Shown: positions 1 through 13,122, numbered from the stretch's first letter. The stretch: 64,000 bases of DNA from Phoronis australis (GCA_002633005.1 NMRA01000655.1:74643-138642); one strand, 5' to 3'. Notes: generated by a model not told the origin, from the sequence alone. A program made the numbers and translations.

Positions 1-515
1 GGGGCTCAAATCCAATTTAAGGGTCAAATTCGGAAAACGGCGCATTCGTAACGGAACTATGGCTAAGTATAGGCTCTCCCGCGATATCCTAGGCGACCGG
101 CAGTGGCGCGGCGCACTACGATTCCGTTTCCGTCGTCTGCTCCACTGTGCAATGAAGAAAATTTACTTCATTTTTTAAAGAAAATGGAATTTGAGTGACA
201 ATGAAAAAACAGAAGCTGCTGGCAAGATGTGAATTTTAATCGAAACCTGAGTGAATCAATCAGAAACTCGCAATACTCTCTTTGACAAACCTTATCTTAA
301 GACGATTTCCTAAGCAATCCCGTCATTATTGCCAACACGAAAAGTGGATTTGGTCTTTTGGGCATTTGAAGACTATTTCAAATACGACAAATTTGTTAAG
401 AATTGATGGCACAAAATACAAAACGTGTAATAAGCATTACAAAAAGAAGTAGGTTTCGCGCGCAAACGCTGTGGACCATAAACAAGTAGGTCTTTTAGTA
501 CGAGATTAGAAGTTA

Positions 516-586
516 AGTCGTGTTGGCGTAGTGGTAACTCACGCACGCTCTACAGTGTATCTGCAAGGTCGTGAGTTCGAGTCTTT
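516..586 (+). repeat. tRNA-derived SINE head / tRNA-like relic
   Basis: Pol III A box TGGCGTAGTGG (~523) and B box GAGTTCGAGTC (~572); no convincing acceptor stem. Confidence 0.4.
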
Positions 587-1572
587 AGTACTTGCAGTTT
601 TTCCTGTTTGACACGTTCTTTTTTTGCCTTTTTTCTTGGATAATACTTCAGGAATCAAAGAAAATGCTTGATTTTTAGAGGTAAAAACAGAAAAATTTCC
701 TGGGCGGGAGGGGGGGCAAATCCCCCTCCCGACCTCCCCCCATTCGGTGCTATGCGCATCGACAATTGTTCAGTTTGCGCAAATTTTTGCAGCCGGACAA
801 AGTGTTGGGCCCCCCCTTGTGATATCCTAGATCCGTCACTGTAATAGACTCTATTCACGCTAACATTTCTCCGGGTTGAAAACGAGGCTGTGTGATCAAC
901 AGCTGGTCGAGAACAGGACAACGTGAGTGGCGCTACACTGCTGTGTCCCAAATTGCACGAACGATTCACGCTGTGGCTCGGGAAAACAATTGTCATTTCA
1001 CTGTTTTCCTTCGGATGAGAACCTCAGGAAACAATGGGTGGTGAAAATTCGCCGTGATATCGGCCCCCACTTTCAGCTTAGTTGTTTTTTCTGTCGTCGA
1101 CCGATTCATAGAGCTCAGCTCCTATATCGCTCGGCGGGCTTCACTGCGTTTCGTGGCCCCGTCACTCTAATGATACCATCAAAACAATCGCAAAAACTGA
1201 ACATTTATTTTGTATTACTAGTCACGTCATGATTGTTGACTTGTTAAAGTACAGTAGGCCTATTGCTTTTTTGCCTTAGCATACAGCTAACTCGGCATTT
1301 GGTTTAGTCCCGGGATTTGGTTACAAATCTAGGTCACGTTGTGTGGCCTCATGTCACGTGCATCATGCGTGCATCAAGCACATGATTCCATCGGCTGTGT
1401 TTGTTCTTAAAAAATGTTGTTTTTTGTTTATCGATTAAGCAAAATTTTTGTTCATTATTATCTGTTCTTCTTTGTTATAGATTACTAAAGGCACTAGAGT
1501 TCGCTCTCAACATTTTAAAGCAGAAGACATGGTCAAAACATTAGCAGGACTGCGTAAACTTAAACCTGGTAC

Positions 1573-4500
1573 CAAGGAGTGTACGAGTATTAGGAGAGTT
1601 CACTCTGCCATTTTACCATTCGCCGCAATGGTTACCGGTCGAAACACTAGCGCTCCAAGCGGTGAATAATCAACACTTACTTAGGAGCGCAGTCCGAACA
1701 ATGTAAACACTGATGAATTCATACTTTAATGACATTCAACGTGCAATAAAATTACTGTTATTGAAAATGGATAGAATACGTAAACTAACATCCACTTATA
1801 ATCGAATGAGAAAGAAAATGTGTATTTTAATCAATATTAAAGTGTATTTGTTACGGATGATTTGCAGGTTAATTGTGTTCATTATGTATTTTAAATGTGA
1901 GGTCTTTTGTTTTGCTTAGCTTTAGTTTTCTGCCTCGCCGCTAGGCACTTTCTAGGCTATTGTTTCACTGGCTTGCCATTTCACTCTGCCCGCATCATTT
2001 GAAGCGTCAAGTCGCTTACTGTTGATGTGTACTAGTGAGTATTTTCTTTCGTTATCTGTATCATTTGCTTTGTTTTGGACGCAGTTAGTACATTTTCATT
2101 TCCCTTAGTTTGTATATTTGTGTAGATAGTACTGTATTTAATTTGCTGTAATTTTGTGTATAATATGTTTCCATGGTCTGCTTTTTCTGTGTGTCTTGTG
2201 TTGACCACGCCCCGTGTCAGTCATTTTGTTAATTTAGTGTTTCTTGTTCTTTGCAGACAAGATTCGTACAAGTTTTGTATGGTAGTCAGTGGTTGCAGAC
2301 TTTATATTCGCTGTGTTCATGGGCCACTTTGGGCCACGGAACAAAGAATAAAGTTTACCATACCATTACAATCTTTCGTATATTATCACACGGCAACAGT
2401 ATTTGTTTTTATTCTCTTGAAGCTCCCTTCAAAATCTATCACGGTTTTGTTTCATGTTCGAGTTCTTAACAAGGCAAATTACCTTTCCTTACAACAGTTC
2501 ATACCTCCACGGACTACAAAATTTGAATGATTGCTCCTGGGGGTTCAGAGGGTAATTCCCCCAGGTGACAGCTAAGGGGGTACCAGGCAAAAACCAGGTG
2601 GGCGCCAAATGGGTGTTGACCCACTCCCAGGGGGTTACATGGGAGGAGTGCTAAACAGGTAAACCAAAGAGGTATGTCACATGGGTGTTGAGCCCCTCCC
2701 ATCGTCACAAATTTTGGTTGCTCCCCTGAGCATTGACAAACATGTTGCTCCCAGCTCACTGCTGGTTTCACCTCTACCCAACAATTTCGCATGCCGGTGT
2801 TCTCTATTCAAGGCACCAGGATACTAGCAATGCGAACAATTGTTTGGTGTAGTGGATGTTACACATGTAAGAAGAAGAAAGCAATTCACTACCACAAAAT
2901 CGTAATATAATTTTAGAACATTCCATTATTTCTTTGACATGGCAGCATAGGGTAAACTCGATCGCACTCTCCCACGCGCGCACCCAGCGGACTCGGGGGG
3001 CTCAAACGAGCCCCTCCATTTGGCGAAGTGGTCAAAAAGGTCCGTCCCCGAGAGACAAAAATTTCGAGAAAATGGGACAAAAGTCCACTAAAGAAACGCA
3101 AATGCGCAATTCACAGTGGTGGTCCTGTGTTTTTTTTTTAATCCGCCCCGGGAACTCATTTGTTAGCAAAAGGTTTACATCGTCAGGAATTCAAGCCCCC
3201 ACATTGAGTATATCACCACGCATAACTAGTCCAAGTTCATCATGTCATGACAAAAAAGTTAAGAGGTACTGAACAGCAATCAAAATATTCACTAGCCCCA
3301 CAACTTCATACAAAACTGAATTAAAAAGACTTGGATGATAAAACTAAAATTTTATTTTCTATACCCACTGTTCATATTATCAAAAACAGTAAATATTTCA
3401 GGTAAGCTAAAGCTAGACCACAAGATCATATTTGTTACTTAGTAACAAATGGGGCTTAAATTAATCACAATCTCCAAAAACGTACAAAATAGACAACACA
3501 TGCATCAATACAACAAGAAAATCTAACCAACCTTCTCACTCTCTATTAATTTACTAGTAAACAACAGCTATTTTTGCCAATGAAATGCGTTGAAGCTGAT
3601 AACTAATTTACTCACAGAGGTGTTTGTCATTGAGAAGCAAAATGATACGGATAGCTTGTGTTTAACAAAATGTCAGCCCACCATTCAGACTCTAAAAGAC
3701 CCATCAGTTTCACTTTGGCTCTCTTCAAATCACAGGCTAACCATTCATAAAATGTTTTAATCTGATCAATCTTAGTAAAATACGAAAACCAGATTTTGAC
3801 TAATTGTCCTTTCTACACGTGATGTTCCAGTACTTGCTTTGTGAGACCATAACCAGAAATGCAAAAAAGCCTATTCCACAGCTGTAACATAATTTCCGGA
3901 GAACTTTTTGAAATCTTCATTCTTGGTAATTCGGGACATAAAATACTGCTCGGGCACTGCATTCAATACCAGCTTGTTCTTCATTCATGAACATGGTCTC
4001 CTCAAAGTGATGAGAGCATTAGTTGCAGTTCTTGGACAAGTAGGTTGCATCTCTAGTCATAAGGTCGGCTCCCAGTGCTTGCACCTGAACAGAAATCAGT
4101 GAGAGACTCAGGAACAAACCTCATACTCACCAGGTTCACAGAGATTGGTAGCTTACACTAAACTACACTACAGAAGTCCTGTCATACTGTGATTGTGATA
4201 GAGACAAAAGCGTCTTGGTGTCAACTAAAAAAAAACTAGGACTCAAATGTGGATCCACGGATATTTTAAGGGCTGCACAACTTTTCACTGAGATCCACAG
4301 ATTCTCTAACTTGACTCAGGCCCTGTGGCTTGTGGCTGTGATTGTGCCATGGCCGTGTCACCACGATTCATATTCACCCATGGCCATGGGAAAGTTTTCC
4401 TAAAATTATCCCTGCGATCGTTAGAGTGACATTTTGATTTGGAATACATGGACTGCAAGTATCCAAATAGCTGACGATCACATTGTACGTTAATCATAGT

Positions 4501-4860
4501 CCTTTCGCCGGCTGCCCAGTAGGTCTAGCCTACACTGCAGACAACAGACAGTGCCAGGCACCGGGACTGCGATCGACTTGTCTAACAACCGTGAACAGAA
4601 CACACAAAATGAAAGACAATGTATCATATTATTGAATAACAGATAATCCTTACCTTTCTGGATCCTTAGGAAACCTACAAAATGACACGTCTGGGGTTTT
4701 CGTGGATGAATTCATGCAATTTATCGCACTGCAAAATGCGTCCTTCCCCATTGTTTTGGCGCTTCCTGGTTGACCGTTGCTTGTTCACCACTTGGCGGCG
4801 CTAGTAGTAGCGGTAACAGCGAACTCACAAGTGAACTCTCCTATACTCGTACACTCCTTG
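1573..4860 (-). mobile_element. P-element-like non-autonomous DNA transposon (3.3 kb) with THAP remnant
   Basis: Terminal inverted repeat CAAGGAGTGTACGAGTAT(T)AGGAGAGTTCACT at 1573-1604 and 4830-4860. 7-bp TSD CTGGTAC at 1566-1572 and 4861-4867. Imperfect subterminal inverted repeat at ~1647-1675 and ~4776-4805. Confidence 0.85.
3950..4751 (-). pseudogene. THAP zinc-finger N-terminus of the P-like transposase (2 exons, degenerate)
   Basis: Exon 4751-4654 reads MGKDAFCSAINCMNSSTKTPDVSFCRFPKDPE(R) followed by a GTAAG donor. Exon 4084-~3950 reads CKHW..ADLMTRDATYLSKNCN*CSHHFEETMF..NKLVLNAVP, with a stop and frameshifts. No DDE core was seen. Confidence 0.8.
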
Positions 4861-6724
4861 CTGGTACTGTCCCAACCCAGTTTGACTGGTCAACGGCTGT
4901 GACAAGAAGAGCGCCGAAAAAAAGAGTTCCTTGCAGGTATTGCAAAGAGATTATCCGTTCTTAGGTTATTTGACTCTAACTTCAATTCAGTATTGTTGTT
5001 TTTAATCCACTCTCAGTTAACAATTGGAAATAAGCATTGCTCTGAGGATGTTGCTTCTTGATATTGTAGGATTTAATTAATGCACTTTATTTATTACAAG
5101 TGGTAATTCTGCTTGCATGGTTATGGGCGGCACAGCACTGAAAAAAGTGAGGGCTATAGCCCCCCAGCCCCCAATGGTGCGCCGCCCATGTAAAAATCTT
5201 GGTTACTTGCTTATAACATTCGTTTTCTTAAAAAATTCCATTTTACGAGTCCAAAACACTGGTCTAGGTTGCCGCAAGACCAAACAAGGACATGTCTTTC
5301 GTTAGGTCAGCTCAATGACCACCCTCTCGTCTCAAGTTTCTCGATTTGAAGCTGTTATAAGCCTGCCTTTGAAGAAAGCTGTTGACAGAATGCAGGCTAT
5401 ACAGCACTTCTTATGTCCTGAATGATAATCAGAGTGAATTAGGTAGTCATACAAAAACTTAACTTTTTCAGTGTGGAAATATTGAGTAGGAGAAACGCAG
5501 AATGTTTCGACACAGAAGATGAGAAGGCGACTGAGACTCCGTGGGTATCTGAAGACCATGACTACAACTGCAAGCCAAGAAGTGACAGAGAACTTTTGGA
5601 AGGTGCTATAAAGCACATTGAGGAGTTGGCTGCTGAGAATACAATGCTGAAGCAGCAGATGTTCGGCCTAGAACATTTTTCAGCGGACCCTACAAACATC
5701 CTGTATTTCACAGGGTTCAAGAACTACGAAACATTGAAAGCAGTTTACCTGGCGTTAGAACCAACTGCGCAGAGAATGTTGAGGTTGACTCAAGCTCAAA
5801 GACGAAGCGGAAATGCGAATGGTTTAAAATATACTGCTTTCAGATCAGAGTCTCTTAAACTGATCACCAGTTCTTTTTATTTCTGTGTCAGATAAGGCAA
5901 GGATTATTTGAACAAGATTTAGCAGTACGGTTTAATGTATACCAATCTCCTGTTAGTCGCACTCTGATCACTTGGGTTAACTATCTTTATTCAAAGACTT
6001 ACTCAAGTTACAAAAGCCACACGACATTTAAAGGTCTTGTTGGTATAAGTCCTTTTGAAGCCCCACGTTTGTCAGCCCTTTGTATACAGGGTGCATCTCT
6101 GATAAAGAGATCACCAAGTTAAGTGGTGTAGTGCAGTTGGTTGAGACTGGTGACGATGTGATGGCCGATAAGGGTTTCCTTATTAGTGATCTTCTTGGTG
6201 CTAGGAATGCAACTCTGAACATTCCACCATTTTTGGGTAAGAAGAGAAAGTTTATCAGAAAGGAAGTCATCGAAACTCAGGAAATAGCTAGGGTAAGAAT
6301 TCACGTGGAAAGGGCCACCAGAAGGGAAAAGGAATACCACATGCTTGATGGGGCATTGCCACTGATTTTAGTTGGTTTTGCCAATCAGTTGTGTGTGCCC
6401 TTTTGACCATATTCAAAGGTCCATTGTTTTAGATTTGACACTGGTGTTACTCAGGGCTCATGGAGGTGTTAGTATTTAACAATTGTTAGTAAACTGCTTA
6501 AAAGCATGCGATACCATGAAGTAGGTCCCAAGATTTACACTGTGACATTTCAATCATAAGTAATACTATGTGCTAAAGGTGACGAATTATATAAGTAATA
6601 TAAAGATATCGTATCATCAATACATACCTATATTTGATAACACACTGTACATTACAACGAACGTGTTCACACACTATAAATGGTCAATTTCAGACAGTTC
6701 GATTTATAATTCACAGAATGGTGA

Positions 6725-8634
6725 CTACAAGAAGAACTCAAAAAAGAATTTGTCCAGTTTCACTTTCATTACTTCCCACAACGAAGCATCAAAGTAGATG
6801 CGCTCCAAATGATAGTCTACTTTGGCCTGAACAAAGAAATCGCACCATGCTGACCCAGTGATGGCCATCTGGCTCATGACCTGAAAATAGTAGTCGTGGT
6901 GCTCTGACAGTTTGTATTGACTGTCTGTCTCCTTGAAGTACTTTGTTTCTTTAAATGACTCCACAACTGGACATTTTATTTTCGGCAGACAAAACTGTGG
7001 ATTAGCTAACGGGTCATACTTTCCGGTGATGCACCAAGATATGGAGCATCGGGATTGACCACAAACCCAAACAGATAGACATTGGTATGCCTTATGTCTG
7101 CATAATTCCTAGCTGCGGTGGGTTCATGATCAATCCCATGCTGCATAGCTTGAGTGGTCACCCTCTTAGTAGTGGTCAAGTCACTGGCTAACTTCTCGAA
7201 GTCTTTCCTTCTGGAGACGATGCGTTTAAAAACACTAGAAGTCAGTCGTCCCTTTCTGGCTTCTTTCCACTGATGACATTCTGACTGAAGACTCGTCTCC
7301 TGCTCAGGAAGCATTACAGTGTCTTTATCAATGTGCAAGCCATTGTATTTGTCCATCTGCGGTTTTATCAAAGTTAGCATGTACATCTTTGACAGCACCA
7401 AAAAGTCAAACAAAGGCAGATCTGGAGAATCAATATGAATTATGTCCCCCGTTATTTTCTCTTGCACTGGCTGTTGGTACGATAACACACCTCCTCGTGG
7501 TACTTGACCAAATTTAGAGTCGGACAGTTCGAGTTCACTCAAGTTACTCAGCAGAATAAGAGCTTGTGAGTCACTTTTAATAGAGGAAAGGTTATTTACG
7601 AGCTGTTGCGTGAAGGTAACAGCTGGAATTGGCTGTTCCACCGGACAAAATACTTTTGGAACAACTCCTTCAACCACTTTTCTATAATTCTCCTTGGTCT
7701 TCACTGGCTTCACTTTGTTTACAACCAGGACATAAACAGGATTTGCCCTTATCCCATCTTGCCTATGGGGTACGTGCCATGCCTGGGGCAGGGAGGTCTT
7801 TGCAACGACGGGTGGAACGCTCTTAAAGCCCATCTTCTTGAAGTGGCACACAGTATAGAGGGGACCTATCACGTGGGTGCAGTGGCCGTTACCCGCCTTA
7901 CAGGTACACAAGCACTCCCCGATCTCGACTGATGCGCCCTGCTTGACTTTAACCTGGAAATGACATAAGGCATATGTTACACCAATCAAACTGATATTTC
8001 ATCTGCAATATCAACCTCTGTTATTCAACATTTTAGTTACCAATGAACAACTTAAATACCAGATAAAGTAGAAATGTCTAGTCATGGGTATTTGGATATT
8101 GTTATTAAAGGGAAGTGGGAGAGTGACATGGTCTCGAATGCCCACCTATTAGACAACGTTGGCTTAACTAATGAAATCGAAAACTAGTAGCCAGGGGAAC
8201 TTTCCTTCGGAATGTATCAAATAACAAGTATTCGAAATTTCATAGCAGTCTGTTCACGCATCGTCGAGAAGTCGATATTCAAAACTTGAAATAAATCCAA
8301 AATTGCAACGCGAGATATTGGCAATAACGCACATTCGGCATCATATCAGAACGTGGAAAGTGGTTGGTGAAGAATCTCTTAATATCCATGCCTTTGAATT
8401 TATTTTGATTCATATGAAGCGATAAATCAAAGTTAAGATATTAAAGAAGGCAGTTATCAAAAAATTGTTTTTTTTTGAGGTCACAATTACATTAAATGGT
8501 TTAGCCAAGCTGAGCCGAGGCAGAATTTGCACTTACGTAAGATATATTTACCTGTGAAATATATGGAGCATTATTCTTTCGCATGGAAGGGTTACACTTT
8601 CCTTTTTGCAAACATCCACCCTAGTCCTGCTTCA
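6725..8634 (-). pseudogene. SWIM zinc finger + YqaJ-like (lambda exonuclease-fold) nuclease pseudogene
   Basis: Exon 8634-8552 reads KGKCNPSMRK and contains an in-frame TAG. The exon from 7953 has CLCTCKAGNGHCTH (SWIM), WKEARKGRLTSS, AMQHGIDHE and YLGASP. After a frameshift it continues with KIKCP (~6970-6984) and YYFQVMSQMAITGSAWCDFFV. Confidence 0.85.
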
Positions 8635-8974
8635 CTGAAAACAAAGCATTTACGATTTAGAGTAATTTAATTCCAGGAAATTACTGTTCTTCAAAAATTT
8701 ACATGGACCACATTTTATTTTACAGTGAGAGGTGATGTTTGGAAGCGGTGGGGGGTCACCCCCTAGATCCACCACACTGCTGCTCCAAATTTTTTGGCAT
8801 TACTTAAAGGTTTGAAAGGCTCATCAGCATTTGCTGCATGCAAACTTTTTAGAATGTAATCTATTAGTGCGGGCGATAGAATAACGCGCCAGCTTCGTTT
8901 AAAACGATTTATTCTTGAAGAGACTGTTATCTGCAAACGATAAATACAGTTTGTCAAACAACGGAATCAAACAA

Positions 8975-9444
8975 TGTTCTCAAAACGTTACCCAATAGTC
9001 AATACGGCTAGCACACGGGACTCGAACCCGCATAAGACAAAACCACCACAAAGCAGCCGTTACAGTTCAACAATTAAACACTAGTCCTACAATGTCCAGC
9101 AGACCTACATGAATAGACTAAACGTAAAGCCTTAACAGAATTACATGTACTTACTGGAGTTTTCCTCGTGGCCCAGCTAATAATCTCTCTACAGTGCATC
9201 ACAACATGTTGAAACCAATATTCGAAATGAGCGCTGTAAATGACTGCTGAGGCTAAAACCCATCAAAACTGCACTGTGATTGGTTATATTACAATGGTAG
9301 CATCTATTTAGCCAATAAACAATTACCTAGGAGCGTGGGTAGACAGCAATTGCAATGCACTCTGGAAACGCCCTAAGGTGTACATACAACGCCTCTAGTG
9401 GACATAAAGTTCCTAAACAAAAGACTAATGCTCCTGCATTAACA
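8975..9444 (-). repeat. 3' LTR of BEL/Pao retrotransposon (putative)
   Basis: On the minus strand a purine tract GGGGGAA is followed by TGTT at 9444, just after the integrase stop. Plausible end ...GGGTAACGTTTTGAGAACA at 8975. Confidence 0.55.
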
Positions 9445-9532
9445 TTCCCCCGGAAGCATGGCATATGCTTAACAATTACAAATATTAAATAATCAAATAC
9501 AATCGATCACATAAATGTCCGACTTAACAAAA

Positions 9533-10468
9533 TCATTGGTCCTCCATGAGCAGCAGTACCACAGTCTTGTGAACTGGTCGCTTCAATGTCCCGTTCAGCG
9601 TCTTGACCTCGAGGCAGCGTACACGACCACGATCATCTGGATGTACACTAGACACTCGGCCCATCAACCACTTGTTACGAGGCAGGTTGTCGTCCTTGAT
9701 GAGAACTACGTCACCAATATTTGCATTACGCTTCGGCGAAGTCCACTTGAGGCGAGCTTGCAAGGATAGCAGGAATTCGTTTCTCCTTCGTCTCCAGAAG
9801 AGGCGAGCTTGCAAGGATAGCAGGAATTCGTTTCTCCTTCGTCTCCAGAAGAGGTCCGCTAAAAACTGAACACGACGCCATCTCTTTCGCATATAAACAT
9901 CCTGACGCTGAAACTGGCCCGGGGGAGGCACGACAACTGATGACCTCAGGGTTAAGATATCGCTTGGCGACAATGGGTTCAAATCATCTGCGTCGGTCGT
10001 CATTGGAGTAAGAGGGCGTGAATTGACGATGGCTTCCGCTTCGCAGAACAAAGTACGCAGCGATTCGTCATCCAGACAGCTACCTACATCCTGTCGTATA
10101 ACCTCCTCTTCCTTGTCCACTAAAGGGAGGCAGTTGTCCACCGTTCTGATCTGCCTTTCCCAGGCGCCTCCCATGTGGCTGACTGTGGGAGGGTTGAACT
10201 TCCAGTCAATGTCAATCTGGAGCATAGTTCGCTGAACTGCCGCATAATCGATTTCTGCAAGGGCCTCTTTCAATTCCTTGTAAGCACCTACAAAATTTGT
10301 CGCGTTATCAGGTTTGCTTGGATGATAAACAGCGTGATGAGGAAGATACCAACAGCGGCCATCGGGTGTTTGAAGCTTTTCTGTGGGAACCCTTTTGGCG
10401 TAACCCTTCTCAACAATGCCTTCTACGAATGCGACGTAGTCATCCCTATACCTTGAATCTCGCTGCAC
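9533..10468 (-). pseudogene. BEL/Pao pol fragment: pre-RT region fused to integrase C-half and DUF5641-like tail
   Basis: WYLPHHAVYHPSKP is joined directly to DNATNFVGA..WKFNPP..SHMGGAWERQIR..EAEAIVNSRPLT..RWRRVQFLADLFW..GDVVLIKD..RNKWLMGRV..KRPVHK. There is a 51-bp tandem duplication at 9749-9853. Confidence 0.9.
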
Positions 10469-10861
10469 CTTCTTCTTCTGTCAGTTTGCATGTGTCACGG
10501 CTTGCTGTCTGTTGGGAGCAACGGGTAAACGCCGTAAGGACACACACAACGGATCGTCATTGTCACGTGGTCTCCTGACATGGAATTTTCTCCTGAAAAG
10601 AAATTCTCTCCAGACAAGAAATTCTATGCCCTGACATAATAAATTGTGTGTCCCAGTATGATAAATTTTGGTTTTGAGTACATTTTTTGGTCACGCAGAG
10701 AGTCTAATTCTTGAACAGAAAACTGGTGTCCGGCAGTGGGATTTTGTCTGCTTTGGCTTTCCATAGGTAAGCAACCAACCACTGCATTTCAGACTCGTTA
10801 CTGGCATAAAACTCTTGTTAACGGCATTTAAATGAAAATCCACCCGCAATCAATGGGTTCC

Positions 10862-11623
10862 ATGCGCCCACATATATGTAATCATATATACGGGGCGCAC
10901 TATGTCGTCATCCTTGCCGTCCGCCGGTCCGTCCATTGACATCCACTGCTGTTTCTCCAATGTTCATGAAATTTTGCAGATATGTTTCTCAATACCCTGA
11001 GAAGGCGCAAGCGTTTTTTTTAGAAACGTTCATCTTGATCCGACTCTGTGTATGCGCCCTAGGGCCATTTAATTTTTACGTTTGCCTTGTAAGTATCTTC
11101 GTAGTTCCTTGGATTCATTGTTATGAAATTTGACGAATAGGTACCTTTTAAAGAGATGACGCTACGTTTTCGTTATCGTATAGATTCGTCATATTCTGCG
11201 CCACCTAGTGGCCATTTTGACGGTTAAACCACTCTGAGGATCATTACGACTTAAAATTAGCATATGTGCTCCTACTAGCAAGGACAACCTTTGGAACTTC
11301 ATTGTTTAATTTGGAAAACGTATTTCTAAGAACGTGCTCAGATGATAACGACTCTCGGACGGATCAGACTACCGCTGGGGACACCCTAGAGCAATTTTAG
11401 GTTTTTCTTTTTTGCTCCATCCTCGGAGTTCCTTGGCGAGTTTTTAAGAAATTTGCCAGATGTTTTTCGTCGCTTTTCCGCCTTCATATCGATTTGCTGT
11501 CAATAATTTACGCCACCTAGGGGCCACTTATATTTTTTGAGTGTTTTTGCCTACGGTTCTCTATCGACCAAACCCGTGTAAGCACCGTTATGAGAGCACG
11601 ACTGTCTGACACTTCCTTTGGTT
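10862..11623 (+). mobile_element. Helentron-associated (DINE-1/HINE-like) non-autonomous element, degenerate
   Basis: 5' hairpin TGCGCCC..CATATATG/CATATATACGGGGCGCA followed by a (CCGT)n-like microsatellite; internal repeated CGCCACCTAG(T/G)GGCC; T-rich 3' end. Confidence 0.45.
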
Positions 11624-13122
11624 TTAGTTTTCTGCGTTTTCATTTCCTCTTTATATAAGGATTTCACTGAAATTCGGTTAATAGGTTTCCATTAAAGAGA
11701 CGATAATGTTTTCCTATTTTGGAAAATTATACAAATTAAGTCCGCCATGATGCAAAATTTGCTTACCAAATACTGCAGTTATATTATTTTTATGTTTTTA
11801 CCCATGTTTCCGTGGTCAGTGAATTTAATGAAGCTACTTTTGAGGTGTATGCATCGATAATTTGAATAAATTATATTATGCAAATTAAGGCAGCCATCAA
11901 GGAAAATTCTACTTGTGCCTATAACTGCGGCATCAAACACCACAGGTAAATTAGACTGATATTTATTCAAATAAAGGCCGCTATTAATTAAAATTCTGTT
12001 TCTGCTCATATTTTTCTTACATGTGGATTACTTTGATATTTGCACTAATGCTTTATAGCCAAAGTGCTTAAAACAACCATTTACCTTGTTTTGACAAATG
12101 ACTACAATGTCACCACCATTAAACCTTCCTTTATAACACTGCATATAACAATCGTGAATTTAATAACCAAAAAACGAGAAAATAAAAGAAAGGCGACTTA
12201 GTTTCTTAGCTCCATGGACATTTGTGTAACCTATGAATGTATCCAGCACCAGTGTGCCATGTCCACCCACACGCAATGGCTCAGTAGTGCTATGATTGGC
12301 TTTCCCAATTTTACGCAATATGTATCGACAAATATATACTCGTAGCTCGGGATCACCTAATTAACTTATTATACGACAGTGTTTGCGGCAGTTCTAATTT
12401 GACATCTGATAGACTGATGGAGCTGTTTTTTTGAGTGTTTTTGATGTGAAATTGGTGCTTTTTAGTACGTTAACACAAACAAATTGCACATCATAAATTT
12501 GCATAATTCATGTAAATTATGTCCACCAACAGTAGTCTAGGTCATCGTCTTTGTTATACTAACTCTGAATGGTTTGAATAAGGTAGAGAGACTTGTATGA
12601 CTGCACAAAGAAACAGAAACAAGATCTTAAATTATTTTGAGACGTGTTCTATTATAATCTCCGTTCTCTTTGTGATGTCACCATTATCATACAACGATAT
12701 ATTCATATGGATATCCTTCACTCCTCGTTTGTCTCACAACTACAGCATCAAGCTTAGCAAGACTTGTTTAAGATTTCCTAAAACAATAACTGAGACACAA
12801 CGTGACATGTTTTCTTTTCTCAGCTTATCAAAACAAAGCAAAATTCGAGGTTTGAGGTCCTTCCAAATAAATTTTTCTAAATGGAATTCTGTTTCACTTC
12901 AGTAGCAGCCTATCGCAGAAACCTTTGTTTACGATTGCCAGTACATGCACGTTAAGGACCTCAATTGTTTGGACATGTACATTGTACACGGTCATCAAAA
13001 ATTACCACTACAGACCGTGTGATCGACGCAGCGAGTTTCTTACAATTCCAAAAAATCATTGCAAAAGAAGTACTCTTTGGGAAGAAGTACCGATTATATC
13101 GACATATAAAACTAACAAGATC

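Larger units (their letters stand above)
927..6406 (+). pseudogene. THAP + HTH + DDE_Tnp_4 (Harbinger/ISL2EU-type) transposase pseudogene
   Basis: Exon 927-1076 reads CCVPNC..LSFHCFP..RKQWVVKIRR, with the donor mutated to CT. Exon 2 is 1481-1572 plus 4868-4936 (RVRSQHF..LKPGT|VPTQF), split by an insertion. Exon 3 runs 5472-6406 (YFTGF..; [17 protein letters not shown]; [19 protein letters not shown]; YTGCISD; VMADKGF; IARVRIHVERA). It has frameshifts and a deletion near 5990 that removes the first catalytic Asp region. Confidence 0.85.
846..8634. mobile_element. Decayed ISL2EU (PIF/Harbinger-related) DNA transposon: THAP-HTH-DDE transposase (+) convergent with SWIM-YqaJ nuclease (-)
   Basis: Two convergent pseudogenes (see next entries) with stops near 6406 and 6725, matching the established two-gene ISL2EU layout. 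Candidate left end AT|AGACTCTATTCACG at 846. The right end was not found; a BEL LTR lies just beyond. Confidence 0.75.

Noticed and set aside
1-149. Possible CACAGTG-type transposon terminus (..CCACTGTG at 142-149)
   Set aside because: The other end lies outside the window and cannot be verified.
516-586. Functional tRNA gene
   Set aside because: A and B boxes are present but I could not fold a proper acceptor/anticodon cloverleaf; treated as SINE-like.
6725-7989. YqaJ nuclease as a phage/prophage or bacterial HGT
   Set aside because: It has spliceosomal introns and is paired with a THAP-DDE transposase, the known ISL2EU arrangement.
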